Assembly (NCBI GenBank): GCA_040768745.1
Contig: JAXGMI010000003.1
Span: 160,001 to 224,000, forward strand
From: Desulfomicrobium sp.
GTDB lineage: Bacteria; Desulfobacterota; Desulfovibrionia; Desulfovibrionales; Desulfomicrobiaceae
DNA length: 64,000 nt
Reading direction: 5' to 3'
Positions 34,915 through 44,298 of the stretch are shown piece after piece; within the stretch, counting starts at the first letter, position 1; each line of letters opens with the position of its first letter. The notes below the pieces were generated by a model, which had not been told where the DNA came from, made no database searches, and saw only the letters and a program-made list of their open reading frames with translations. Both the position numbers and the translations under genes were made by a program.

Positions 34915-35365
34915 CGGCGCTGCGCATCCCCGACGGCACTGGACAGGAATCGTGGCGGGCATCCCTGCCGGAGTGGTGTCCCGGAAGCTGATAGTTTCAT
35001 GGCACCCCACCAGATCATCGTCCGTGCACGCTTCAAGTTTTTTGATTCGTCAGCGGATTGGGGACTGCGATTGGATCACCCTGAGTACAGCGGGATCGGC
35101 TGGCTTGCTGCCATGAATCATCCGTGCGGCGCAGAATTCAGGTCCGCCAAGTGTCCGGCCGCATTCCCGCCACATCGTCTGTTTGCGCATTTCCCCGGCA
35201 TGGGAGGGCAGTGGCGTGCATCAGGGAGGTCTCCAGGGATGCGCTCTGTCCGGAAAAAATGTACTGGAATGCATCACTGCACCACATTCTCCCCAACATG
35301 GCAGGAACCCAGCACAGATACGGATGGCCCCACGCAAACGCACGTTTTTGTCCGGAGCACGCACC

Positions 35366-36700
35366 ATGAGTTATGCAAGAAAAATTTCCTTGAAAACATT
35401 CGCCTATCGGATTCTGGTGGCCCGATTGGCCATGATGACGGTGGCCATAGCCCTGCTTCTGGCCGTGGCTGTCTACATGATGGAGCAGACTCGCCTGGAG
35501 CAGGCCTTTGTGGCGGAAACCAGGAAAGACCTGCTGCAGCTTGTGGCGCGCACCCAGATGATCCAGTCTGAACGCAAGGGGAATTTCTCTTCTGCATTCC
35601 ACCAGGCCATCGAGGAGTCGGCCGCCCTGCGGCAGAAAGACGAACTGGGGGATGTCGTCTATATCCGGTTCTATCTCCCGGGGATACCCGGAGCCGAGGA
35701 ATACACGGACTCCTCCCTTGGCTACCATGAAGCCGTTCGGAACCATATGCGCGCCCTTCCACGACCAGAGCCCGGGGCCAAGCAGCAGGTGTCGGAAACC
35801 ATGAAAATCGACGGACATTTGCTCTTGCATGCCGTCCTGCCCATCACAAACATCAAACAGGACGTTTCTCTTTACACACAGGTTGTCTATGCTCCGTCAG
35901 AACCTGTTATCAAAAGCATGAACAAATCAGTATTGAGGGCAGCTTTAGGTGTCATTGCTGTGGTATTCATGACGACAATATTGCTTTACCCAGTCATAGT
36001 ACGACTTGTGAACAGACTTACTGCATTTTCTCAAAATCTCATCACTGCGAATCTGGAGACTCTTTCTTTGCTCGGATGCGTCATTGCAAAGCGGGACAGC
36101 AGCACGGATGAACACAACTACCGGGTGACCCTCTATGCAGTGCGCATTGCCGAAAAACTGGGAATGGATGCAGGAGAAATGCGGTCCCTCGTGAAGGGGG
36201 CATTCCTGCATGACATCGGTAAAATCGCCATTCAAGACAATATCCTGCGCAAGAAGGACCAGCTCACGGCAGAAGAATTCGAAATCATGAAGACGCACGT
36301 CAACCATGGACTGGATGTGGTGACCCGCTCAACGTGGCTTCGCGACGCCGAGGCAGTCGTCGGTGGTCATCACGAAAAATACGACGGGAAAGGCTACCCG
36401 CAGGGGACTTCTGGAAAGGACATCCCTTTGCTGGCCCGGATCTTTGCCGTGGCCGATGTCTTCGATGCCCTGACATCGGTCCGGCCGTACAAGGAACCCA
36501 TGGGCTGCGAAGCGGCCCTGGAGATCCTTCACCACCGCCGCAACACCCATTTCGACCCTGAAATCCTGGATGTCTTCATGGGTCAGGCAAAGTCGCTGTA
36601 CCAGCGCTACGCCAACCGACTCAGCGACGAATTACGCTCCGAATTGCTGGATGTTGCCGGGCAGTATTTTCATGACGGCGCGGATGGTTTGACCTACTAG
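35366..36700 (+). CDS. Membrane-anchored HD-GYP domain protein (c-di-GMP phosphodiesterase candidate)
   Basis: Two TMs; LHDIGK, HHEKYDGKGYP, RIFAVADVFDAL; GGAG RBS. Confidence 0.88.
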   Translation: MSYARKISLKTFAYRILVARLAMMTVAIALLLAVAVYMMEQTRLEQAFVAETRKDLLQLVARTQMIQSERKGNFSSAFHQAIEESAALRQKDELGDVVYIRFYLPGIPGAEEYTDSSLGYHEAVRNHMRALPRPEPGAKQQVSETMKIDGHLLLHAVLPITNIKQDVSLYTQVVYAPSEPVIKSMNKSVLRAALGVIAVVFMTTILLYPVIVRLVNRLTAFSQNLITANLETLSLLGCVIAKRDSSTDEHNYRVTLYAVRIAEKLGMDAGEMRSLVKGAFLHDIGKIAIQDNILRKKDQLTAEEFEIMKTHVNHGLDVVTRSTWLRDAEAVVGGHHEKYDGKGYPQGTSGKDIPLLARIFAVADVFDALTSVRPYKEPMGCEAALEILHHRRNTHFDPEILDVFMGQAKSLYQRYANRLSDELRSELLDVAGQYFHDGADGLTY

Positions 36701-36833
36701 GCAGGGCGTTGACGGTCGTGATGGCCCCGGCCGGATTCGCCGGCGTGACCTTCTTTCCGGTCAGTTCCTCAACCTTGCCCATGTAGCGCAGCACCTCGGC
36801 CTTCCACATTTCCCGGTACCCTTTGCTTGTCAC
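36701..36833 (-). pseudogene. Remnant of a 2-hydroxyacyl-CoA dehydratase-D / double-cubane cluster protein gene
   Basis: GGAGG RBS plus GTG; MTSKGYREMW joined to KAEVLRYMGKVEELTGKKVT…AITTVNA, resembling two separate parts of that family as recalled from memory. Confidence 0.5.
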
Positions 36834-37026
36834 CACTTCCTCCGTGTCAAATTTTCCATTCTTGGCGGGAAAGCGGATCAGGAAGCAAATCAAAATATTG
36901 GATTCATCCTTCTTGAAGACATTGACTTTGCCGTTTCCAGTCACGGGGAACGGCCGGGGCCGAATATACAATCCGACGAATGCGATGGCCTGGATGAAAT
37001 CGTCCGACAGATCGACAAAATTCATC

Positions 37027-37055
37027 TTTACTCGTTATTTCGTTCGGAATACTTT
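37027..37055 (+). promoter_or_regulatory. Sigma70-like promoter TTTACT-N17-TACTTT
   Basis: 17-bp spacer; predicted start near 37062, at the 5' end of the riboswitch. Confidence 0.5.
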
Positions 37056-37059
37056 TCGA

Positions 37060-37110
37060 TTCGGGGATGGAGTCCCCCTTGAACCGCGACAGCCGCCGAT
37101 GACTCCTACT
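37060..37110 (+). ncRNA. Fluoride riboswitch (crcB motif)
   Basis: GGGGATGGAGTCCCCC-TTGAACCGC-GACAGCC-GCCGATGACTCCTAC: P1 GGGGA/TCCCC, pseudoknot GGAGTC/GACTCC, conserved GAUG, AACCGC and GAUGAC. Confidence 0.9.
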
Positions 37111-37147
37111 TTCGCAACAGCGATGGTAGGAATTTTGCGGTCAAATG

Positions 37148-37173
37148 AAACCACGCTCAGACGTGGTTTTTTT
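37148..37173 (+). terminator. Intrinsic terminator in the leader of the MFS gene
   Basis: AAACCACG-CTCAGA-CGTGGTTT with a 7-T run, between the riboswitch and the RBS. Confidence 0.7.
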
Positions 37174-37213
37174 ATTGGGCCGACTTGTCCGCCCCCAACC
37201 CAAGGAGAACAAT

Positions 37214-38422
37214 ATGGGATTCATATATGACACGTTTAAAGCTCGCGCGGCTCTGCCCGAGGAGGTCAAGCGCCTCGGCTGGGTCAGTTTCTTCATGGAT
37301 GTGGCCTCGGAAATGGTCTATCCCGTGGTCCCGCTCTTCCTGACCTCCGTGCTCGGCGCTCCCGTGGCCGTGCTCGGCGCCATCGAAGGTCTGGCCGAGG
37401 TCATCGTCAGCGTGATGAAGGGCGCCTCCGGCTGGCACTGCGACAAGCTGGGCCGGCGTGTGCCGTACATCCGCTGGGGCTACGGACTGGGGGCCATATC
37501 CAAGCCGCTCATGGCCCTGGCCTTTTCCTGGCCCATGATCCTGCTGTCCCGGGCCATGGACCGCACCGGCAAGGGGTTGCGCACCACGGCCCGGGACGCC
37601 CTGATCGCCGACGCCGTGGACGCCTCCCAGGGCGGCCAGGCCTTCGGCTTCCACCGCATGATGGATACGGCCGGGGCCATGATCGGCGTGCTGCTGGCCA
37701 CGATGCTCCTTTTTCTGCTTCCCGGCCACTACCGGACCAGCTTCCTCATCGCGACTGTGCCGGGCCTTGCCGCCGTGTGGCTGACCTTCCGTCTGCACGA
37801 AGCAGCCAAGACCCCGGCCTACGCGCCTTCCCAGGCCCGCGTCCCGTTGGCCGGCAAGCCCTGGTCCGGACTGCCCAAGGCCTTCTGGCTGACCCTGGCC
37901 CCGCTGCTGGTCTTCGCCTTCGCCAATTCCTCGGACACCTTCCTCATCCTGCGCGCCAAGGACCTTGGCCTGTCCGACACGCAGTCCATCATGGCCTACC
38001 TGCTCTTCAACCTCGTCTACGCGCTCAGCGCCTACCCCCTCGGGATCCTGAGCGACCGGGTGGGCCGCTGGCGGATGGTCCTCGGGGGCTGGATGCTGTA
38101 CGGTTTCGTCTATCTCGGCGTGGCCAATGCGGGCATGGGCGACGTGTGGTGGCTTTTCGCCCTGTACGGGCTGTTCATGGGGCTGACCGAAGGCGTGGGC
38201 CGCGCGCTCATCCGCGACCGCATACCCGAGGACCGCAAGGGCACGGCCATGGGCATCTTCCACATGGGCGTGGGGCTCATGATGCTGGCCGGGAGCGTCA
38301 CCGCCGGCCTGTGCTGGGACCTGATCGGTTCGCGCGCGCCGTTCGTGCTCGGCGGCACGGTTGCCTTCCTGGCCGTCATCGTCGCACTGGCGGTGCGCCC
38401 GAAAATCAGAGCCGCGACATAG
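37214..38422 (+). CDS. MFS transporter under fluoride-riboswitch control
   Basis: About 12 TM; motif A variants GWHCDKLGRR and GILSDRVGRW; DRTGKGLRT.ARDALIAD; AAGGAG RBS. Confidence 0.92.
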   Translation: MGFIYDTFKARAALPEEVKRLGWVSFFMDVASEMVYPVVPLFLTSVLGAPVAVLGAIEGLAEVIVSVMKGASGWHCDKLGRRVPYIRWGYGLGAISKPLMALAFSWPMILLSRAMDRTGKGLRTTARDALIADAVDASQGGQAFGFHRMMDTAGAMIGVLLATMLLFLLPGHYRTSFLIATVPGLAAVWLTFRLHEAAKTPAYAPSQARVPLAGKPWSGLPKAFWLTLAPLLVFAFANSSDTFLILRAKDLGLSDTQSIMAYLLFNLVYALSAYPLGILSDRVGRWRMVLGGWMLYGFVYLGVANAGMGDVWWLFALYGLFMGLTEGVGRALIRDRIPEDRKGTAMGIFHMGVGLMMLAGSVTAGLCWDLIGSRAPFVLGGTVAFLAVIVALAVRPKIRAAT

Positions 38423-38525
38423 CGGGAAGGGGGTGGAAACCTTGGGTACCATAGAGTTGCGGGAAATTACGGTCGAACTGCATTTTTCCGTGAACCGCAG
38501 GCGGGACGAAACGGCCGTAATCAGA

Positions 38526-38813
38526 CTAGGAGGCAGAACAGGCCTTCCTTTTCTCGCGTCGAATAAGAAAAAGGTTGCGGAAGTAAATGATGAAACCGGT
38601 CGATTGGCCGACAATGAATACAATATCGCGGCGTAATATTGCATAAGCCAAAAGAAATACGCTTCCAATTAGGCTGAAATACCAAAAATTCGTTGGTATG
38701 ACACTTTTTTTGTTTTTTTCAGAGACAATCCACTGCCAGAAAAAACGCATGAAGAAAAAGAATTGTCCGCAAAACCCTATCATGAGCAACAGCCACTGCG
38801 ACGAATAATTCAT
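38526..38813 (-). CDS. Lipid-A-disaccharide synthase N-terminal (LAB_N) domain protein
   Basis: GFCGQFFFFMRFFWQWIVSEK.KKSVIP..FWYFSL.G…D.VFI.GQ; AAGGAG RBS; AT-rich. Confidence 0.88.
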   Translation of the reverse strand: MNYSSQWLLLMIGFCGQFFFFMRFFWQWIVSEKNKKSVIPTNFWYFSLIGSVFLLAYAILRRDIVFIVGQSTGFIIYFRNLFLIRREKRKACSAS

Positions 38814-38826
38814 GGGACTCCTTGAA

Positions 38827-39828
38827 TCAGCTATTCTTAAAAATACGATTCTTTGCGGCAAAAAGGATAATCGCCGTTATTATATTGAGTAGAATGAACA
38901 CAATGTGGTGCTTCAAAATAAATGGTCCGACATGTACGGTCAGGTTCATGTCCAACCATTCATGCACCTTGAAATGCGCCGAAGCGGGGATGATGCGCTC
39001 GGAAACCATGCCGGGTCCAACGGTCAGCCCCACGGCATGATGGAACTGCCTGCCTCGCGACTCGTGCAGCCGAGCGCCTCCCCCACCCGTGACAATGTAC
39101 TCGACGTTGCCCAAGCTGGTCCGGTTGTAGCCGTGAAAGTCCGCGGCCAGGACGTAATCGATCCCGAGGGCTTCGAAAGCCCGTTCGAACTCCTTTTCGT
39201 CGGCCGTATGCCGCTCCTGGATGTCCGGGGAAACGCAGGGCGGAATGTGCATGAAGACGAAACGATTGCGGTATGCGGCGAGTTCCCTCTGATCGAAAGA
39301 ACCCAGGTATTCCAGGGATTGGCGGTTTGAGAAGCGCTTGTCGAGATGGCTGATGAAAATGAACAGGTCGCCGTTGTGTGCAAAGGAAAAATTGCTCGGC
39401 CCGTACTCCTTCTCGAAATGTTCCAGGGGAAAGCCCTTCGGGTCCACGTCGTGGTTGCCCGGCGTGAAAAAAACTGGGCAGGCAAATCCGAAACCAGCCG
39501 CCCTCTGACGGTAATACGCATGCCAATCGCCGCTGGCCCCATCGACCCAATCCCCGAGGATGACGACAAAGGCCGGATGCGCCACGTGGATATCCCGCGC
39601 CAGGTCCTCGAATGTCCCGGGGCTGCGAGGATCGCCGACTACCACGAAGGTGTACGGCCTCCCGTCGCCGGAATTTTCAAGGACGGCGCGAACCTCTATG
39701 AAGTTCCCGAAATTCGGCGGAAATTCGGACATCCGCGCATGATGGGCCGACAAGCACGCGAAGATCTGCGCTCCCAGGACGAACGCGAACAAGGTCAGCG
39801 TCCCAACAAATATGTTTCGCTTGTTCAT
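38827..39828 (-). CDS. Membrane-anchored calcineurin-like metallophosphoesterase
   Basis: GD, GDWVD, PGNHD, FMHIP motifs; N- and C-terminal TMs; start uncertain (39828 or 39888). Confidence 0.85.
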   Translation of the reverse strand: MNKRNIFVGTLTLFAFVLGAQIFACLSAHHARMSEFPPNFGNFIEVRAVLENSGDGRPYTFVVVGDPRSPGTFEDLARDIHVAHPAFVVILGDWVDGASGDWHAYYRQRAAGFGFACPVFFTPGNHDVDPKGFPLEHFEKEYGPSNFSFAHNGDLFIFISHLDKRFSNRQSLEYLGSFDQRELAAYRNRFVFMHIPPCVSPDIQERHTADEKEFERAFEALGIDYVLAADFHGYNRTSLGNVEYIVTGGGGARLHESRGRQFHHAVGLTVGPGMVSERIIPASAHFKVHEWLDMNLTVHVGPFILKHHIVFILLNIITAIILFAAKNRIFKNS

Positions 39829-39894
39829 GATGCTCACGACTTGATTTCTTACGACTCCTCTACGCACTTCCTTCCTGATCCAAACCACGGCGAA

Positions 39895-41511
39895 TCATTT
39901 CTCGTCACGGCGTTCGAGTTTGACCAGGTGTATGACGTCCCCGGACAAATCGGAGACGTGCAGGCTATTTTCCGACGTATAGCCATTCAGTGCATCCGGC
40001 ATGACCAGATATTTTTTTCGCGAAACAAAACAAAGCGATTCTGGAAGTCCGTTTGCGCCGCAATCTGCCTGCGCGAGCGGTTTTTTCCCGATGATCCACG
40101 AATCCTGTAATTTCAGGAATCCGTCGGCAATAACCGGCCGCTCCGCCACGAAAGAGCGGATTTCGGTCAACGGCACGGACAAATTCCCGGCATTCGGGCG
40201 GACAAAGGCTGGCAATGCCAGGAGGCACAACCCAAGAATCACGAACTTGACCGCGAAAAGGGCGGTCAGACGCTGGCGGCGATGCAGCAGGAAGAGGACC
40301 GCAGCCCCAAGGGCGAACAATGTGGCCACAGCTGCAACCCCAGGGCCGTCCAGGGCAGGAAATCGCGGCCGCAGCCAGAGCAGCGCAGTCGGAATTCCAA
40401 TGCACGCAAGCCCGAAAATCACGGTGTTCGCCTGAACGAGCACGCGCCCAAAGCGTCCGCCTTTTTCCGGATCGCGCAGCAAACCCGTCATGTACACGCC
40501 CATGAGCTGGCTCAGGGGGACAAGAACGGGCAGCAGATACCGGTCCTTCTTTTCCGGGACGAGCATGAGCAGCAGGACGCAGCCGAGGCTCCACAGCACA
40601 GGACGCCAGTACGGCATCAGCGGCTCGACCAGTGGACGCGCATGCCCCGGCCACAGCGCGGCGCACGCAAGCAGGGCCCAGATGCCCGTCATGAGCGGAA
40701 ATTGCAGATAAAACCAGAAGGGCTTGGTGTGCTCCGTGAACCAGGCGCCCTGCTCCGTGACAAGCATGCGTGAGAAATCGTGCGGCATGGCCAGCCAAGC
40801 GGCCGCGAACCAGACGGATGACAGCGTGATTCCGATCCCCAGCGCCAGCCCCAGTTCCTTGCCGTGGGTCCGGACCCCTTTCCAGCCGCCTGTCGAGAGG
40901 AGGGATACGGCAAAGGGCAGCAGCAGGGCGTAATAGCCGACAGGCCCCTTGCTCAAGCCCGACAAACCGAGAAGCAGCCCTGTTCCCACGGCCAACTTCC
41001 TTCTGGGCGAGGAGGATTCGACGATCACCGCCAGCCCCCATATCGCGGCCAACATGAAAGCATGGCAATAAATGTCCCAACTGTTGCGTCGGGCCATGAG
41101 CACGAACATGTAGCTGGTGGTCAAAAAGGCCGTGGCCCACGCAGCGGCAGTCGTGCTTCTGGTCCAGAAACGGGTCAGCCCGAAGAGCGAAGCGGCGAGA
41201 AGCACGCCGGCCAGGGCCGAGGGGATGCGGTTCACCGTCAGATCCGTGTCCTGCCCGTGGTTGCCGATCAGCATGGCCGCCGCCGTGAGCCATGTCGGCA
41301 ACGGCGGCTTGGCCAAGCGCGGCTCCCCGTGCAGAGTGGGCAGGAACCAGTGTCCCGTCTCGATCATTTCCCGGGCCGTGATGAGGTTGCGGGCCTCCAT
41401 GATATCCACGCCGAGCACGCCGCGGTGCGCGAACACTGTGGCGTACAGCAGGATGGTCAGGCCGATCAGGCCTCCCAGCACAGGGAGGATTCGAGCGCGT
41501 CCGGAGATCAT
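39895..41511 (-). CDS. ArnT/PMT (GT83/GT39-like) membrane glycosyltransferase
   Basis: MEARNLITAREM…W.LPTL.GEPRLAKPPL, SKGPV, KKDRYLLP. Confidence 0.88.
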   Translation of the reverse strand: MISGRARILPVLGGLIGLTILLYATVFAHRGVLGVDIMEARNLITAREMIETGHWFLPTLHGEPRLAKPPLPTWLTAAAMLIGNHGQDTDLTVNRIPSALAGVLLAASLFGLTRFWTRSTTAAAWATAFLTTSYMFVLMARRNSWDIYCHAFMLAAIWGLAVIVESSSPRRKLAVGTGLLLGLSGLSKGPVGYYALLLPFAVSLLSTGGWKGVRTHGKELGLALGIGITLSSVWFAAAWLAMPHDFSRMLVTEQGAWFTEHTKPFWFYLQFPLMTGIWALLACAALWPGHARPLVEPLMPYWRPVLWSLGCVLLLMLVPEKKDRYLLPVLVPLSQLMGVYMTGLLRDPEKGGRFGRVLVQANTVIFGLACIGIPTALLWLRPRFPALDGPGVAAVATLFALGAAVLFLLHRRQRLTALFAVKFVILGLCLLALPAFVRPNAGNLSVPLTEIRSFVAERPVIADGFLKLQDSWIIGKKPLAQADCGANGLPESLCFVSRKKYLVMPDALNGYTSENSLHVSDLSGDVIHLVKLERRDEK

Positions 41512-43511
41512 CAGCCCTCCTTGCGTGCCTGTGGCGGGGACATTGCTGTGACTGATGGTGACGCGTCTCCGTCGTCCCCCTTCAGCGGGGTCTCTGACGA
41601 CCAGCGCAGGAGGCCATGCTGGAACATGTGGCTCGCGCCCTGATAGTAGGCGATGTCGCGGCGCACGAGGGCGTCACGGGCGCTGCCGGCCGACTCGTCG
41701 CTCAGGCCCAGGGCGTCGTCGTGGCGGCGCATCCCTTTTTTCGGACTCAGGATGGCGAGATCATGCCCGTCGAAGAGGCCCAGGTGCTGGAAGTTGCCGA
41801 TGAGCGCCCGTCCCCCGGCCGCATCCTCGCGCAGCACGTCCCGGCCGAAGAAGGTCGAGGTGTAGTCGAGGTTCAGCAGTCCGAGCAGGGTCGGGGCCAA
41901 GTCGATCTGGCTTGCCAGCGTCGGCACTTCACGCGGTTCGACAATCCCTGGTGCGAAAATGAAAAGGGGAATGCGGTACTTCTCCACGGGCAGGTCCTCC
42001 TTGCCGGCGCTGTTCGCCGTGTGGTCCGCAACGATGACGAAAACCGTGGACCCGAACCAGGGCCTGCGCCGCGCCTCTTCCAGGAAAGCGCCGATGGCGT
42101 GGTCTGTGTATTTGACGGCCCCCTCCCGACCGTACCCCGACGGGATGACGATGCGGCCTTCGGGATAGGTGAAGGGACGGTGGTTGGATGTGGTCATGAG
42201 CTGGAGGAAAAACGGCTTGCCCACGGCGTGGTCGATGTCCGCCTGCCGCAGGGCCTGGGCGTAGAGGTCCTCGTCGCACATGCCCCAGACGTTCTTGAAG
42301 GTGATCTCCTCCTCGGGAACACTCGTCTGGTCGATGATGCGGTACCCGTTGCCGCCGAAGAACGCGTTCATGTTGTCGAAATAGCCGCGTCCGCCGTACA
42401 GGAAGACACTGTCGTAGCCCCGCGCCTCCAGCTGCCGGCCGAGGCTCGCGTACCCGGTTTCCCGGCCCAGGCGTTTGACGATGGACCGTCCGGGAGTCGG
42501 GGGCACGGACAGGGTGATGGCCTCCAAGCCCCGGTCCGTGCGCGTGCCTGTCGCGAAGAAATTGCTGAAAAAGAGGCTCTCGGGCTTCAGTCGGTCCAGA
42601 TTCGGGGTCAGGTTGCGTGTATCGCCGAAACAGCCGAGATATTTCGCGCTCAAGCTCTCGATCGTGACGACGATGACGTTGAGCCGCCGAAAGGCACCCG
42701 GATTGTCGATTTCACGGCGGATGTCCTGGGGGTCGTCGCCGACGAAGCGGGCGCCGGGTTCGGCCACCTCCCGGCGAAGCAGCGCCCCGACTTCCTCACC
42801 TGGCAGCGTGGCGTAGAGCTGGGAGTAGTCGAGTTCGTTGTTGCGAAACGCCGCAAAGAACTGGAACGGGCCGTTGGCCGCGAGTTCGCGTTGCGTGGTG
42901 CTTCCGCCTGCGGCGAAGTCCTGCCCCGCGAAAACGGTCACGAGCAGGCTCGCCCCGGCCACGGCCGCGAAAAGCAGGCCGCGGCCGCGCCGCGACAGCA
43001 GGGGCGCCCCAATGGCCCGGTCCATGACCTTGCCCGACAGGGCGACCCCGGCCGCCGAGAGCACGACGAGCATGGCCAGGAGGGGATAGACGGGGTACGA
43101 TTCCAGAATGTTGTTGATGACTTCGTTCGAATAGACGAGGTAGTCGACGGCGATGAAGTTGAAGCGGACGCCGAACTCGTCCCAGAACAGCCATTCCGAG
43201 ACGGCCGTGAAGAGCATGACGAAGAGGCTGAGCCCCATCAGGCCTCGCAGCAGGCCCCGGTGCCACCCGGATTCCCAGGCCGATGCCGGGCACAGGGCGA
43301 AATGCAGGGCCACGGGCAGCGCCGCGTAGCTGAGAAAACTCAGGTCGTGGACCAGGCCGAGGCCGAAGATACCCAGCATGCCGAGCACGCCGGTATTGAC
43401 ATCGCCTAGGTGACTTGCCAGCAAGACGAGGCGTGTCAGAAAAAAAACGGCCAGCCAGGCGCCCAGGATGATGGCCAAACAGCGAACCTGGGCATATCGT
43501 GAAAGGGACAT
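41511..43511 (-). CDS. LTA synthase family (alkaline phosphatase/sulfatase superfamily) membrane protein
   Basis: N-terminal TMs, RFNFIAVDYL, ESLS, GTRTDRG catalytic Thr, SNHRPF, ADH; GGAGGA RBS. Confidence 0.9.
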   Translation of the reverse strand: MSLSRYAQVRCLAIILGAWLAVFFLTRLVLLASHLGDVNTGVLGMLGIFGLGLVHDLSFLSYAALPVALHFALCPASAWESGWHRGLLRGLMGLSLFVMLFTAVSEWLFWDEFGVRFNFIAVDYLVYSNEVINNILESYPVYPLLAMLVVLSAAGVALSGKVMDRAIGAPLLSRRGRGLLFAAVAGASLLVTVFAGQDFAAGGSTTQRELAANGPFQFFAAFRNNELDYSQLYATLPGEEVGALLRREVAEPGARFVGDDPQDIRREIDNPGAFRRLNVIVVTIESLSAKYLGCFGDTRNLTPNLDRLKPESLFFSNFFATGTRTDRGLEAITLSVPPTPGRSIVKRLGRETGYASLGRQLEARGYDSVFLYGGRGYFDNMNAFFGGNGYRIIDQTSVPEEEITFKNVWGMCDEDLYAQALRQADIDHAVGKPFFLQLMTTSNHRPFTYPEGRIVIPSGYGREGAVKYTDHAIGAFLEEARRRPWFGSTVFVIVADHTANSAGKEDLPVEKYRIPLFIFAPGIVEPREVPTLASQIDLAPTLLGLLNLDYTSTFFGRDVLREDAAGGRALIGNFQHLGLFDGHDLAILSPKKGMRRHDDALGLSDESAGSARDALVRRDIAYYQGASHMFQHGLLRWSSETPLKGDDGDASPSVTAMSPPQARKEG

Positions 43512-43575
43512 GTACATTCCTCCGTGGTGTTGTCCCGTGCTATGCCCCTGGCCGTGAGCCGAATGTCGTGCTGTC

Positions 43576-43591
43576 GTGAAAAATTCGTGAA
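43576..43591 (-). promoter_or_regulatory. ColR-box-like site TTCACGAATTTTTCAC
   Basis: One mismatch to the Pseudomonas ColR consensus YYNASNNYTTTTTSAC (as recalled); lies in the divergent intergenic gap. Confidence 0.7.
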
Positions 43592-43614
43592 TCCCCAATC
43601 CAAGGTCCGCATCC

Positions 43615-44298
43615 ATGCGCATCCTGATCGTTGAAGACAACCCCGACATCCTCGCCAACGTGCTCGATTACCTCCAGCTCAAGGGCTACACCGTCGACTG
43701 CGCCCAGGACGGGCTCGGAGGCCTGCACCTGGCCGTGACCCAGGCCTACGACCTGATCGTGCTGGACGTCATGCTGCCCGGCATCGACGGCTACCAGATC
43801 TGCAAACGTCTGCGCGAGGATGCCCGGCTCGACGTCCCGATCATCATGCTCACCGCCCGCGACACGCTGGACGACCGCATCCGCGGGTTCAGCACCGGCG
43901 CCGACGACTACCTCGTCAAACCCTTCGCCCTGTCAGAGCTCCACGCGCGCATCCAGGCCGTGCTGCGTCGGGCCAGGGGGGGACGGGGCCATGAATTGCG
44001 GGTCGGCGACCTTTCCTTCGACGTGGAGACCCTGCAGGTGCGGCGTGCGGACAGAACGCTCAAACCGCACCCTTTCGGGCTGAAGCTCCTGGAGATCCTG
44101 ATGCGCAAAAGCCCGGCCGTGGTCCGCCGCGAGGAACTGGAGCGCGAACTCTGGGGCGACGATTGCCCGGACAGCGACAGCCTGCGCAGCCACATCCACC
44201 AGCTGCGCCAGGTCGTGGACAAGCCCTTCAATTCTCCGTTGCTGCACACGGTGCACGGCATCGGGTACCGTCTGGCGGAGAAGGCCGATGACCTCTAG
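43615..44298 (+). CDS. colR: OmpR-family response regulator, ColR-like
   Basis: DYL.LKGYTVDCAQDGL.GLHLA and LWGDDCPDSDSLRSH.HQLRQV.DKPF closely recall Pseudomonas ColR. Confidence 0.8.
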   Translation: MRILIVEDNPDILANVLDYLQLKGYTVDCAQDGLGGLHLAVTQAYDLIVLDVMLPGIDGYQICKRLREDARLDVPIIMLTARDTLDDRIRGFSTGADDYLVKPFALSELHARIQAVLRRARGGRGHELRVGDLSFDVETLQVRRADRTLKPHPFGLKLLEILMRKSPAVVRREELERELWGDDCPDSDSLRSHIHQLRQVVDKPFNSPLLHTVHGIGYRLAEKADDL

